A DNA stretch of 64,000 bases. Source: Octopus bimaculoides. Lineage: Eukaryota. The notes beneath the pieces are model-generated. The model was given only the letters and a program-made list of their open reading frames with translations. It ran no database searches and was not told the DNA's origin. Every line of letters begins with the position of its first letter. Positions within the stretch are counted from its first letter, which is position 1. Location of the stretch: the NCBI RefSeq assembly GCF_001194135.2, contig NC_068981.1, positions 89,770,992 to 89,834,991 on the forward strand. Direction: 5' to 3'. The position numbers and the translations under genes are program-made. Below are positions 12,940-24,550 of the stretch, piece by piece.

Positions 12940-13096
12940 GATCGCTAGCCACTGCATATTCTTTATTTTCTCTGATTGTTTCTCTGTGGAACAGCGTAGG
13001 CTCGAAACGTTAAAAACTTTTTCACTTCCCGAGCGTTATACAAATACATCTGTTTGTTATCTACACCACCTGTCTTCGTCTTTTGTTTGTTTGTAT
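12940..13096 (+). mobile_element. Short PLE-terminus-like repeat ending in gaattctcccc, carrying a hammerhead-like motif
   Basis: Contains 'ctgtggaacagcgtaggctcgaaacgtt' and abuts an N gap followed by (AT)n. PLE assignment is inference. Confidence 0.5.
12978..13017 (+). ncRNA. Degenerate minimal type-I hammerhead ribozyme (C3-G8)
   Basis: gtttct | CTGTGGA | a | cagc gtag gctc | GAAA | cgt | t | aaaaac. A6 is replaced by U and 10.1 is C instead of G. Confidence 0.45.
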
Positions 13097-13792
13097 TTTT
13101 TGTGAATTCTCCCCCCNNNNNNNNNNNNNNNNNNNNNNNNNNNNNNNNNNNNNNNNNNNNNNNNNNNNNNNNNNNNNNNNNNNNNNNNNNNNNNNNNNNN
13201 NNNNNNNNNNNNNNNNNNNNNNNNNNNNNNNNNNNNNNNNNNNNNNNNNNNNNNNNNNNNNNNNNNNNNNNNNNNNNNNNNNNNNNNNNNNNNNNNNNNN
13301 NNNNNNNNNNNNNNNNNNNNNNNNNNNNNNNNNNNNNNNNNNNNNNNNNNNNNNNNNNNNNNNNNNNNNNNNNNNNNNNNNNNNNNNNNNNNNNNNNNNN
13401 NNNNNNNNNNNNNNNNNNNNNNNNNNNNNNNNNNNNNNNNNNNNNNNNNNNNNNNNNNNNNNNNNNNNNNNNNNNNNNNNNNNNNNNNNNNNNNNNNNNN
13501 NNNNNNNNNNNNNNNNNNNNNNNNNNNNNNNNNNNNNNNNNNNNNNNNNNNNNNNNNNNNNNNNNNNNNNNNNNNNNNNNNNNNNNNNNNNNNNNNNNNN
13601 NNNNNNNNNNNNNNNNNNNNNNNNNNNNNNNNNNNNNNNNNNNNNNNNNNNNNNNNNNNNNNNNNNNNNNNNNNNNNNNNNNNNNNNNNNNNNNNNNNNN
13701 NNNNNNNNNNNNNNNNNNNNNNNNNNNNNNNNNNNNNNNNNNNNNNNNNNNNNNNNNNNNNNNNNNNNNNNNNNNNNNNNNNNNNNNNNNNN

Positions 13793-13836
<44 letters not shown>

Positions 13837-13899
13837 AAATCTCTGAGCGAGTGATATGCAGTAACAGTACCGAACAGTACAGCTTATCCGCCAACAGAA

Positions 13900-14159
13900 T
13901 GTGGTAGTCCTACACTGGACAATGTTACTTACTGTTTAGCCTCAAGAAAACATCTTTTCCAACTGGCTACCGACACACAGTTTGTGTCCGTACAATATGA
14001 GCAACGGAGTTTATCGCTTCCTTCTCACGAAGGTTAGAGATGGCTGTGATAAATTCCCTTGCTCAAAATATTCGGAAACAAAGTGTGTCGGTAGCCAGCT
14101 GGAAAAGATGTTTTCCTGGGCTAAACAGTAGTAACATCGTCTTGTGTAGGACTGCCACA
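13900..14159. mobile_element. Fold-back element, about 118-bp imperfect arms, about 28-nt loop
   Basis: 'tgtggtagtcctacactggacaatgttacttactgtttagcctcaagaaaacatcttttccaactggctaccgacacac' pairs with 14078-14159; weaker pairing continues inward to about 14017/14046. Confidence 0.85.
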
Positions 14160-14292
14160 CTTACAATCCTTTACAGAGCCTTTGTAAGATTTCCTTTCAT
14201 AAATACTCATACATTAAGACGATTCACGTTTTTAGCAATTAGTTGGAAAGGAAAGAGCAGTGCTCTTAACAATTTACTTTTATAGGGTCACC

Positions 14293-14567
14293 GAAATTGG
14301 TTGCAAGAGGGGAAGAAGTTATCTTCAATCCAGACGAACGCTGCAAACGCTTGCAACAGAGTAATCTCCACTAAATGAATCCAGGAAACAGACGATAGTG
14401 GTGGATGTTACAGTCATGGCCAAGGATAAAGTGTGCTGCCGAAGAACTTAGAACACAAACACACACATTGAAATTGGTTGGAAGAGGGAAAGAAGTTATC
14501 TTCAATCCATAGGCCTACTGGAAACGTTTACAACAGAGCAATCTCCACTAAAGACATCCAAGAACAC
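14293..14567 (+). repeat. About 95-bp direct repeat, two copies 177 bp apart
   Basis: 'gaaattggttg(c/g)aagaggg(g/a)aagaagttatcttcaatcca...aacagag(t/c)aatctccactaaa' at 14293 and 14470. Confidence 0.8.
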
Positions 14568-14654
14568 ACGCGCGCACGCACACACACACACACACACACA
14601 CAAGCACGAAATAAATTCTGCAAAGAACGTTTGTCTGCGCTCTGAAATTTCGCC

Positions 14655-14872
14655 TACGAGGGTGTGCTCAAAAGTTCCTGGCGTTGGGTAAAAGATAATA
14701 CAGAAGTATCAGTTGATTATAATTTTATTCAACATATTCCCCTTTCAGAATTGCACTTATTTTAGCGATCCTTCAGGTTTTCTAAGCCCTGTAAAAGAAC
14801 TCCGAAGGTTGGGCCAATAACCAAGCTTTTCGCGATGCCCTTAAAGCCAAGAACTTTTCAGCAATCCTTGTG
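14655..14872. mobile_element. Mariner-type MITE
   Basis: TA + CGAGGGTGTGCTCAAAAGTTCCTGGC; inverted 'gccaagaacttttcagcaatccttg' at the right end. TA-CGAGGG termini are typical of mariner. Confidence 0.75.
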
Positions 14873-16049
14873 TTATATATAACCCATTATAACTAGCTTG
14901 CGTACATTCTAACAATATTCAACAAATTTGTCGACAACGCATCGTTAAATTATGTATTTTAAGGATTATCGAGCTCAAATTCTGTTGTTGTTTTATTCTA
15001 TTTCCTTTTGTTTTTATATTATCCTTTGAAATATTACTTTTAATCTCTAAAATAATAATCTTCCAGTAATCAACTCCACAATTTCCATTCCATTAAATAT
15101 AATCTAACTATATCATCCAGAAAATTATAACAGCAGTTTAGAATCTAATACTTTATAAATTACTCGTATAGCCAACTAATTTTACATTACTGTATGTAAT
15201 ATTGTAGTTATATTTTTTATACACAGAATATTTTACCTTTATTTTAATTAGATATATTGTACATTATATATTTTAATATCATACTATTTTAATGTTTTGT
15301 TTGTATTTTTCCTACATAGATCAAATTTATTATCATAATACCTAGCTTGAACGAGTTAAACTTTGCTCTCTTAAAATTATCCACCTGAAAATAATAACAA
15401 GCCTTAAGGAACTTTATATCGCTCTTCAAATATTATAATTGTTCTGCTTTGTTTTTCGTCAGAACACTATAGCTGTGATAAGGTTAGTATTATTTCTCCA
15501 AGATCGTTCATTTTTTCTCAACCGATCAAAGGACCGATTGAGTAAACCGATCAATGAATGACCATGATCATCAGAAACAGATGTAGGTCGAATTTACTAC
15601 ACTAAAAGAATATGTAATGACCATTATTTATACCTTGTCTTGCATATCATATGATATACCTTCTCTTGAGGTTATCATAGTATTATTATCTATATAAAGT
15701 TGGATATATTTTTAACAATTATGATCTTTCGATTAATTCATACTTGTAATGACTGATAAATGATTTCATTGTAAACATAATTATTTTAACAATTTGAATA
15801 GCATGCACGGTTTTTCATGATAAAATTTATAATATTCTCTTCGGAATTATCATCAATTTTTATATCCACTGTTGTTACTATACTCACTCCCTAGCATTTT
15901 TCGATCTTTCTTTTTAAGAGGTTTAATAAATAGAAAGTTTAACGAAGAAAATATAAGATTTCACGTGGCGTAAACAAAATATGTTTTCAAGTTAATCCTG
16001 CATTTTGATAAAATACCATTATGTTACTAGCATGAGTAATTACTTGTTT

Positions 16050-16790
16050 CCAGATTGATGGGACAATCTTAGAAATAATGATACTAATTTTTTAAGTATA
16101 TTTATTGGATGGGTTTTAGGATCTAAGTATTTAGTTTTGTTACATATTTATCGATTTGTGGTATAGAAAATGTAATAATATCCCATTATTAGCTTCGTAA
16201 GAACAGGAGCTGCTTTCGTTCCTCTCGTAATTCCACATTTTTGACGATAGTAGATGTCACCAAATAGGAAATAATTGTTCTAAAGTATAGATTTTAAAGT
16301 TTCAATGAGAACATCCTGGTTTGTGCGTTCTAGGAGTTCTTCGGGGGGTACTTTTCCAGCCAGAATTATATTGCTTCTATTCCATAGTTATGTGGGAGAG
16401 TGGGGTAAAGATTAATAACATCGAAAGAAATCAATAATGTCACTTCATTAGTTGCTTTTAGTAGGTGTTTAAGCATATCTAGATCGTCTCTAATGACATT
16501 TTTTATGTATTTCAGCATGGGTTTCAACGGTTTGTCTAGAAAATTGTTTAGGTGATGGGTTTCACAGGCTTGACCATTTATAATGGATCTTAACTTTAAA
16601 TCTTCTGGCACTAGGATATTTATGTATTTGCCTAGTGATTGTTTGCAGGCTTCATTAGCTATCTTGCGCTTGTTTATTTTAGATAGGACGTAAAAAACTA
16701 GTTTTACATTTAAAGTTTGTATTAAGATGTTTCTTTTTCTGCCACACTTTTCCCATATAGATGAATTAAGGATGTAAGGTTTTTAATTGT
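16050..16790 (-). mobile_element. Penelope-like element reverse transcriptase fragment (decayed)
   Basis: 'LRSIINGQACETHHLNNFLDKPLKP...LLISFDVINLYPTLPH' (motif A) and 'NNYFLFGDIYYRQKCGITRGTKAAPVLTKLIMGY' (motif B), with stops and frameshifts. Confidence 0.85.
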
Positions 16791-16829
16791 TTTTTTTTGT
16801 TGTTGTTTATAGCTTAAAAGTTTTCATAG

Positions 16830-17130
16830 AAGTTATAGTTTTTTTTAGCATGGATAATACTAGTTTTTGTTGTATTCTGTGTCCATCAGGACATAACTAT
16901 ATAAGACAGACAAGTATGGCACTTAGACAGAGAACTACACTACCTCAGGAACAGATCAGTTTCCCACAATATACACAGATTCACTTGAGTGAACATATAA
17001 ACAGATGTGCAGTTAATATCCAACCGAGCTTCACAGTTTTCCCCATCTATCAGTGAAAAGAAACTATTTCTGTACAAGAACATTTAAAATTGAAAAAAAA
17101 TATTTATCGAAAAATACCAGAAGACGACTA
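16830..17130 (+). mobile_element. Penelope-like GIY-YIG endonuclease fragment
   Basis: 'CCILCPSGHNYIRQTSMALRQRTT...QIHLSEHINRCA' matches the PLE CxxC..YIGQT..LR.R...H pattern. Confidence 0.7.
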
Positions 17131-17884
17131 AATATGAACGCAGAACCAACTTTCGTCTCAGTATATATTTTAATTCATGTTCACATACGCATCACTGTAA
17201 ATACTGCATTTCACTACTTTAGGTTTTGAGTTCTTGCATATTTATTTATCCAATCCCCAAAATATGAGCAATTACCTCCCCTGTCCTGAATAATAACGAT
17301 AACCAATTACCTCCCCTTAGATATTTCTACTTGTTGACTCATTTTATTCACAAACCCCCATACACAATATGGATTAATACCCTTTTAAGAAAATACGAAA
17401 TTAAAATAATTTCAATGTCATGATTAACGAAAGCGAAACCGGTTGACAAACAAAATACCCTTTCACTTATAAAATCTCTTTAACGATATAATAATGTAAA
17501 TTGTGTGCATTTTCATTACACACACACACACACACGCACACACACACACACACACATATATATNNNNNNNNNNNNNNNNNNNNNNNNNNNNNNNNNNNNN
17601 NNNNNNNNNNNNNNNNNNNNNNNNNNNNNNNNNNNNNNNNNNNNNNNNNNNNNNNNNNNNNNNNNNNNNNNNNNNNNNNNNNNNNNNNNNNNNNNNNNNN
17701 NNNNNNNNNNNNNNNNNNNNNNNNNNNNNNNNNNNNNNNNNNNNNNNNNNATATATATATATTACATGAGCATAATTATTAACGTATATGTGTACGCGTG
17801 TGTGTGTGAGTGTATGTGTGAACATTATGTGCGTGTGTGTGTATATGCGTGTGTGTATGCGTGTGAACATATATATACACATAG

Positions 17885-18048
17885 TCGCAGGCGTGGCTGT
17901 GCGGTGAGAAGTTTTCTTCCCAACTAGATGATTCTGGGTTCAGTCCCACTGTACAGAATTTGAGCAGGTGTCTTCAGCTATAGCCTCGGGGTTGACGTAA
18001 ACCCTAGAGGGGATCTAGCAGACAGAAATTTAAAGAGGCCCGTCCTAT

Positions 18049-18079
<31 letters not shown>

Positions 18080-18300
18080 CGTCTTTATGTCTATGTTGGT
18101 TCTCCAGCACCGCTTAACCACCGGTGTTGGTATGTTTCCGCCCCCGTAACCTAGCAGCTTGGAAAAATAGACTGATATACTAAGTACTGGGTTTACAAAA
18201 AAGTTCTTGCATTCATTTGTTCGACTAAATCTTTAAGAGGTGGTGCCCCTGCAAGGCTACAGGCAAATGGCTACAATACGTAAAAGATAAAAGATAAAAG
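17885..18300 (+). mobile_element. SINE-B (tRNA head, CORE-like 'gcaagtgtcttc' box, internal TG repeat, AAAAG tail)
   Basis: Aligns along its length with the copy at 36156-36600. Confidence 0.85.
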
Positions 18301-18304
18301 AAAT

Positions 18305-18505
18305 GCAGCACAGAACTTTGTCAGTGAACAGGTTGCGGTCTCAAAGCGACGAAAATATTTTGACAAATTAAATTTAAATGTTGAAGTGAATCTAACGGTT
18401 TTTGTGTGTTATTATAAATGGCTTATAAACACCTTCCACGCTGCAATTGTTTTCGTTCCAGCACACGATCTCAGATCAGGTCACTTGCTATGCACGTACA
18501 TCTCC
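18305..18505 (+). mobile_element. About 200-bp non-coding hammerhead-bearing repeat unit (PLE pLTR- or retrozyme-like)
   Basis: The same sequence occurs twice more, inverted, at 35879-36133, with its tail at 36601-36642. Confidence 0.7.
18317..18367 (+). ncRNA. Minimal type-I hammerhead ribozyme, G3-C8 core variant
   Basis: tttgtca | GTGAACA | g | gttgc ggtctcaaa gcgac | GAAA | atatt | t | tgacaaa. Stem I is 7 bp, stem II is 5 bp, stem III is the palindrome AATATT; predicted cleavage after 18360. Confidence 0.7.
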
Positions 18506-18660
18506 GCAAAAGATAAAAGGGATAAATGAAATACTTGCATGTGTGCGTGTGTCTGTGTGTCTGTGCGTGTGCACGCGCGCGTGTGTGTGTACGGGTGTGC
18601 ATGTGTGTGCGTGTGTACGTGCGTGTATGAATGTATGTGTTCATACGTGTATGCAGATGA

Positions 18661-18722
<62 letters not shown>

Positions 18723-19362
18723 TGATAGATAGCTGTACACTTATTATTTCTTTTATATTTGTGTAGTCTTTTTATTTGTGCAGTCTTTCTAATTCAAAAG
18801 AAAAACAAGAAGTAAACTTTCTTGACGTCTGTTAAAAAGTCTCTTCTTTTTTATTCATCTACCGCTATATTTTGATATGTATATGTTATTTCTTTCTGTC
18901 TTGGTATTTTTACGACAAAGTTTGTAATTCCATGTCCACTTTGAAAGACAGCTGAAATACTCTATTGAGACATAACACGCAAGCAAATGCCAGGAAACCT
19001 TTGGATCACTGGAAAATGTACTTTACTTTTTTCATAGCTTTTTGCGAATTTTCATTTTTGTTTATCTAATTATTTTTCTTCCTTATCTCTTATGTTATTT
19101 TCTATTAATATATTTTTGAACAAGACTAGCTGTTTACCTTTACTAAAAAGAAATAACAAACTGGAGAAGAAGATGAAGCATATTAATGATGATAACAAAT
19201 TCAACATCTCGAACTTATTATCAGCTTCTCAAACCTTTACAAAATCTCCAATGGGAAGTGAAATTTTGAACCAAACAAGTAAACTAACGATACATAAGTA
19301 TCTATTTATTTATCTATATCAATCTATATGTGTGTGTGTGTGTGTGTGTGTATAAGCAGATA

Positions 19363-19740
19363 GGGGGCGCAATGGCCCAGTGGTTAGGCAGCGGACTCGC
19401 GGTCATAGGATCGCGGTTTCAATTCCCAGACCGAGCGTTGTGAGTGCTTATTGAGAGAAAACACCTAAAGCTCCACGAGGCCCCAGCAGGGGATGGTGGC
19501 GAACCCTGCTGTATTCTTCCACCACCTCTTATTTCCTGTTTCTGTTGTGCCTGTAATTCAAAGGGTCAGCCTTGTCACACTGTATCACGCTGAATATCAC
19601 CGAGAACTACGTTAAGGGTACACGTGTCTATGGAGTGCTCAGCCACTTGCACGTTAATTTCACGAGCAGGCTGTTCCATTGATCGGATCAACTGGAACCC
19701 TCGACGTCGTAAGCGACGGAGTGTCAACAACAACAACAAT
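19363..19740 (+). mobile_element. Full-length tRNA-derived SINE-C with (CAA)n tail and 12-bp target-site duplication
   Basis: A box TGGCCCAGTGG, degenerate B box GGTTTCAATTCC, (CAA)n tail; ATAAGCAGATAG at 19352-19363 and 19739-19750. Confidence 0.9.
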
Positions 19741-20135
19741 AAGCAGATAGACAAATAGATACACACACACACACACACACACACACTAAAACTGTGCCGC
19801 AGTTTCGACATTATGAGAATTATGATTTATTTAGTAAATTGTTTTATTGTTTTACTTGCTATGGTTTCGGCTTCATGAAAATTATCCCTTTCTGCCTGCG
19901 ATCACTTGCACCAACGATAAGAAATGAAGGCCTATCTAGATGGTTTTTCGATCTGCTAGAATGGGCAGCCAAAATCTCCGAATCTCATCTCCTCCATTGA
20001 TCCCGGGACCACAGTGGATAATGTGGTCCGGTTTTTTTCCTGAAAGTAGGAAAAAGTCGGGATGGTCTCGGCTGGAATGTCTTTCATCATAGGGCGTCTT
20101 GATCAAAGATAACTTGGGGCTACTCTGGATGCTGC

Positions 20136-20218
20136 TTAAGATTTCTTTTCTGTGTAGTCCCAACATTCATATCTAAAATCCATTAAGTATCCCTCATATG
20201 CTTCATGTGGTGCAACAA
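20136..20218 (-). CDS. Candidate terminal coding exon (VVAPHEAYEGYLMDFRYECWDYTEKKS*)
   Basis: Acceptor 'ttacctctttcag', phase 1, 26 codons to TAA. No homology recognised. Confidence 0.25.
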
Positions 20219-21897
20219 CTGAAAGAGGTAACATTTGTCTTAAATGTATTCCTAATCATGCAATATACATCGAAAAACAAACTAGATCAAGATCTCCAAA
20301 TTAAACAGCATCAATGAATTCTTAGACCTGTTGTACATATGAAAAGACAAGCAACGTTACTAATTTATCCATTTCACTCATGAGATTTTGATCATGCTAG
20401 GCACCACCTTGAAGCGGGTGAGATTTGTTGTTCATGTCGATGAAAAATTTTGAAACATACAGAGATACCTTGGCTTACATTATTGATAAGTATTTTTCGA
20501 ATCCACAGCTCAGTGAGATAGCTACTACATTTACTGAGAGATCTAACCATAAGAACTTTTTTCTGATACAAAACTAAGGATAAAATACAATGTATTGCTG
20601 TTTGTTAAAGTTTCACCAATATAGACGTACAGTACCAGAATGGTATCATAGCTAGATTGTATCTTTGATTTCGTTATATAGTTAAGATTGTTTACTTCAT
20701 GACGTAAAGTGAAATCCAATAGATAACAGTCCACAAGATAGAAGAGATAAGAAGGACTATAGCTTTCGGGAATGTTGTCTCCTAAGAGTGCACATTTATT
20801 ATGGCATATTTAGACTTCTACACCATCTAAAGAATCAAATGTTTCAAACAAAATGCATTTCAAAAGAAATTATATATTTCATGATTCTTTATAAAATTCC
20901 AACCATCTCACAATTTTGAAAATAACCAAAGAATTTTCATGGGTAGTGCTAATCAACATGATTATGATATGCTCGGATATCTATCTGTGAGCTGATGAAA
21001 CGGATTCAGGTGTTTGGTGAGGAATGGCAGGAAGTATTTATCAACATTGCATAGATGAGAAGTGATTACGGACAGAGCGACTACATATGTAAAGTAAAAA
21101 TATAAATTGGACTCACGAATTGAAATGCCGACACAGTTTACCCATAGTAGCAGAAAAAAATACATGCAAATAAAAAAAGGCAAAAAAGTAGTGCAGCATG
21201 AGGCTTACTTTCATCTTGTTTCATGAAGCAAAAACTTGAAATGCTTGAAATAAAATAAGTAGAAATAATCTATAAAGAAAATACTTGAATCGTAGTTTTT
21301 TTGAAAAATAGTTGTTAAAAATCAATGAAATTTTTCATTGTAGAATTACGATTTGTGTTGTTTTGCCTTGGTTTGACTTTCAAGTCATCCAAATAACAAA
21401 TCTTAAATCAAAGACAAAGTTTTTCTTTTGTAGTTAACGATGGATGTCAGTCATTGTTGTTGGTATTTGTGCTTCTGTTGCTTTTGTTGTTGCACATATG
21501 TAAAAGTGTGTGTATGCTTTTGTATCTTTTTCTACATACGTTCGTGTGTGTGGCTGGGTGTATATGTCTTTGTATGAGTGTATATGTGTAATTGAAAAAA
21601 TATCCCACATATAAAATTATAGTGAAACTTCTTAAGAACCCATGCTAAGAAACTTGCATGCTCTTTTGATTCGAATTTTTTTTTTTTTGAAAGTCCATAG
21701 ATGCGAGTAGCCTTTTATATCGAAGAAGAGAAATATCTAAAAATCAATCAGTCAGTTTTAATCCAATATCTCATTGGCTGGCTATAGTCATCGTGTACAA
21801 AAATTGATGGAAGTCGTACCAAAAAAGAATACATATCACTTTAAAAACTTATTCTTTCATTACTCTTTGTAATATACAAGACATCGTGAATTAATAC

Positions 21898-22060
21898 CGA
21901 TAATGTATACAGTTTGCCTAGCTGGTTTTAATAGCTTTACTTCATTTGTTCTCATATCGTTAATGTTCTTGACTAAAGCTTGCAACTCGTTTAATATAAT
22001 TTCATCTTTGGCATAAATCTGCCAGCTATTGTGAACTTTATTTTTAAAAGAATAAAATAA
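21898..22060 (-). CDS. Candidate internal coding exon (...SWQIYAKDEIILNELQALVKNINDMRTNEVKLLKPARQTVYII)
   Basis: 66-codon open frame; donor CG|GTATTA in phase 1, compatible with the exon at 20136-20218. Confidence 0.22.
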
Positions 22061-22399
22061 CTAAACATGTTGTCAAATTGAGTGTATTCAAATTACTGAA
22101 AAAGTTTCAGTCGCCACTTGCTATGGTCGTTTACTCGTGTAAAACTCAAGCTTTTTCGTGGGACAAGGCACACATACGGGAGTCATTGAACTTTATGACT
22201 TCATGCTTACAAGTGAGGAAGCCTCTACACGGCCACACAACATGCTAACAATGACACATATCTCTCTAAAACCATATGCTTATATTTTTCAATCTAAGGA
22301 AAACTAAGGAACTGATACTGTCGGGAAGACACACACGCTAGCCGCTCAGAAACACAGAATGACTGTTAGCTTTACTTAAACATTTACTGTTTGTAATAG

Positions 22400-22540
22400 G
22401 TGTCAAATTTTCTGTAGCTCATCACTGCGAACTGGTCACAGTGAACATTACACTGCAGTGTAACGTTGTTAGAGACCAGTTCTTCCACGCTATAACTGTG
22501 TTGGTTTCAGCATAAGATCACACATTAAATAATTTGCCTG
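22400..22540 (+). other. Exon-like 141-nt segment, phase 1 to phase 1, with one in-frame TAA
   Basis: tgtttgtaatag|G ... CCTG|gtaagt; TAA at 22513-22515. Confidence 0.2.
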
Positions 22541-22650
22541 GTAAGTACATTTTCGTAATAAGGAAATAATGTAGTACCAAATATTGTATGGCTGAATGAA
22601 GGAAAGAATAACCAAAACTTAATAGTACATCCACAGAAGAAATTTAAAAT

Positions 22651-22841
22651 AATGATTTCAAATTTTGGCAAAAGGCCAGCAAATGCTGGGAATAGGTAAG
22701 TTGATTACATTTACCCCAGCATTCCACTGATATTTATCTTGTCAAACTCGAAAGGCTGAATTTTAACTCAGAACATAAAGACGGACGAAATGCCGCTAAG
22801 CATCTTTTCCGGCGTGCAAACGATTCTACCAGCTCGCTGCC
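22651..22841 (-). mobile_element. SINE-A
   Basis: Reverse complement of the SINE-A head and body ('...ctaagcatcttttccggcgtgcaaacgattctaccagctcgctgcc'). Confidence 0.8.
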
Positions 22842-22998
22842 TAAAACAAAAATTAATAATAATGGGCAATTCCTTGTCAGAATAGTTAGTGCGTCCTGAA
22901 AATGTCTTACGGTATTTAGTTACGGTTCTTTATGTTCTCAGTTAAGATTTCTTCGTGACCAAAATTGCCTTGCATCTTTTGAGAGTAAAATATGAAAG

Positions 22999-22999
<1 letters not shown>

Positions 23000-23059
<60 letters not shown>
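23000..23059. repeat. (AGT)n microsatellite
   Basis: Seen directly. Confidence 0.95.
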
Positions 23060-24268
23060 TGATTTAGTGAAAGATAATTTGAACACCCAACCACTAATGC
23101 TCTAATTTAACGTATAAGCTTTTCCTTTCATGGCCAGCATCCGTCAGTTTTAACTTATGCCATTGAAAACTACGGAGATTGATTTCCATTTTTGTAGTTC
23201 TAAAACGTGAAAGAACTGACACAATAGCACAGTAGCAACATTAGAAACTACTATAAAGTCACCATTTACAGTACAATAAATCAGACATTCAACGATTCTG
23301 AATATCAGAAAAGATGATGACAAATGACTACTACTACTGTAGAAGATCGGACATTATCTTTAAAATGCAAATAAAAATCGTTTCGATACTACTAGGAAAT
23401 AAGATGACAAGAAAAGTAGTAAATCGATCATCGGAAATGCAATTAAATTCTTCGAAGATTTCTAATAATTAAATTATTACGAAGCAGAGGTAGTTTGTAA
23501 AATAAGCTTTAAATGACAAGAATAATGACTATGACAAACAATCAAGAAAGAAGTAGCTAAACAGAAGGAGGCCTCAAATGAAAATACCTGCCAAATCTCT
23601 TCCAAGAACAACCAACCGTTTTAAAATTAAAATTAAAAAAAGAAAAACAGAAATAGAAAATTAAACAATACGAGCTGTTCATGGCTGGAACGGCGCCGAG
23701 TTAGAGATTAAATAACAGTAACCATGAAGGAACAATGTTAAGTGGATAATTCTGTTTGTCGTAGACCGTCACCTGCATCATCGGATATGAGATTCTTACT
23801 GTATAATTCCATGGGTTGATTGAAAGCATCGAGAGAAGACTTGGTGTATTCTCATTCAACATCAACGTCAACGTACGTTTCTGATATTATTCAGCATATT
23901 CTGTCAAGTTGTCCAACAATCAAGCCTAATGTAGTTACATACACATCTATCAGGCTGTTTTGGATAACAAACTTTAACAACATTCCTAACAAGGTAAACA
24001 ACAGTTTACACACAAGGCAGACATATTTGTACAGGAAACAAAAAATAATAAATTTTTAAAGCTAACTACATGTAGAAGTTATGTGCATGTCAACTGTGTG
24101 ACTATCACATGATACAGAGTATTAAGAAACATGTTGAAATGTTAGGCTGTTTGATTTTGTCTTTTAATTTGTGATTGATGCAAGATGAAGAATGCTTAAT
24201 TGCTTCAGTAAAGAATTTGACGTCACCTGTAAGAAAGATCCAGCTGACAGCAACATGGCAACCGCCAC

Positions 24269-24550
<282 letters not shown>

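Noticed and set aside
19363-19440. tRNA gene
   Set aside because: The B box and anticodon arm are degenerate and the sequence continues into a SINE body with tail and TSD.
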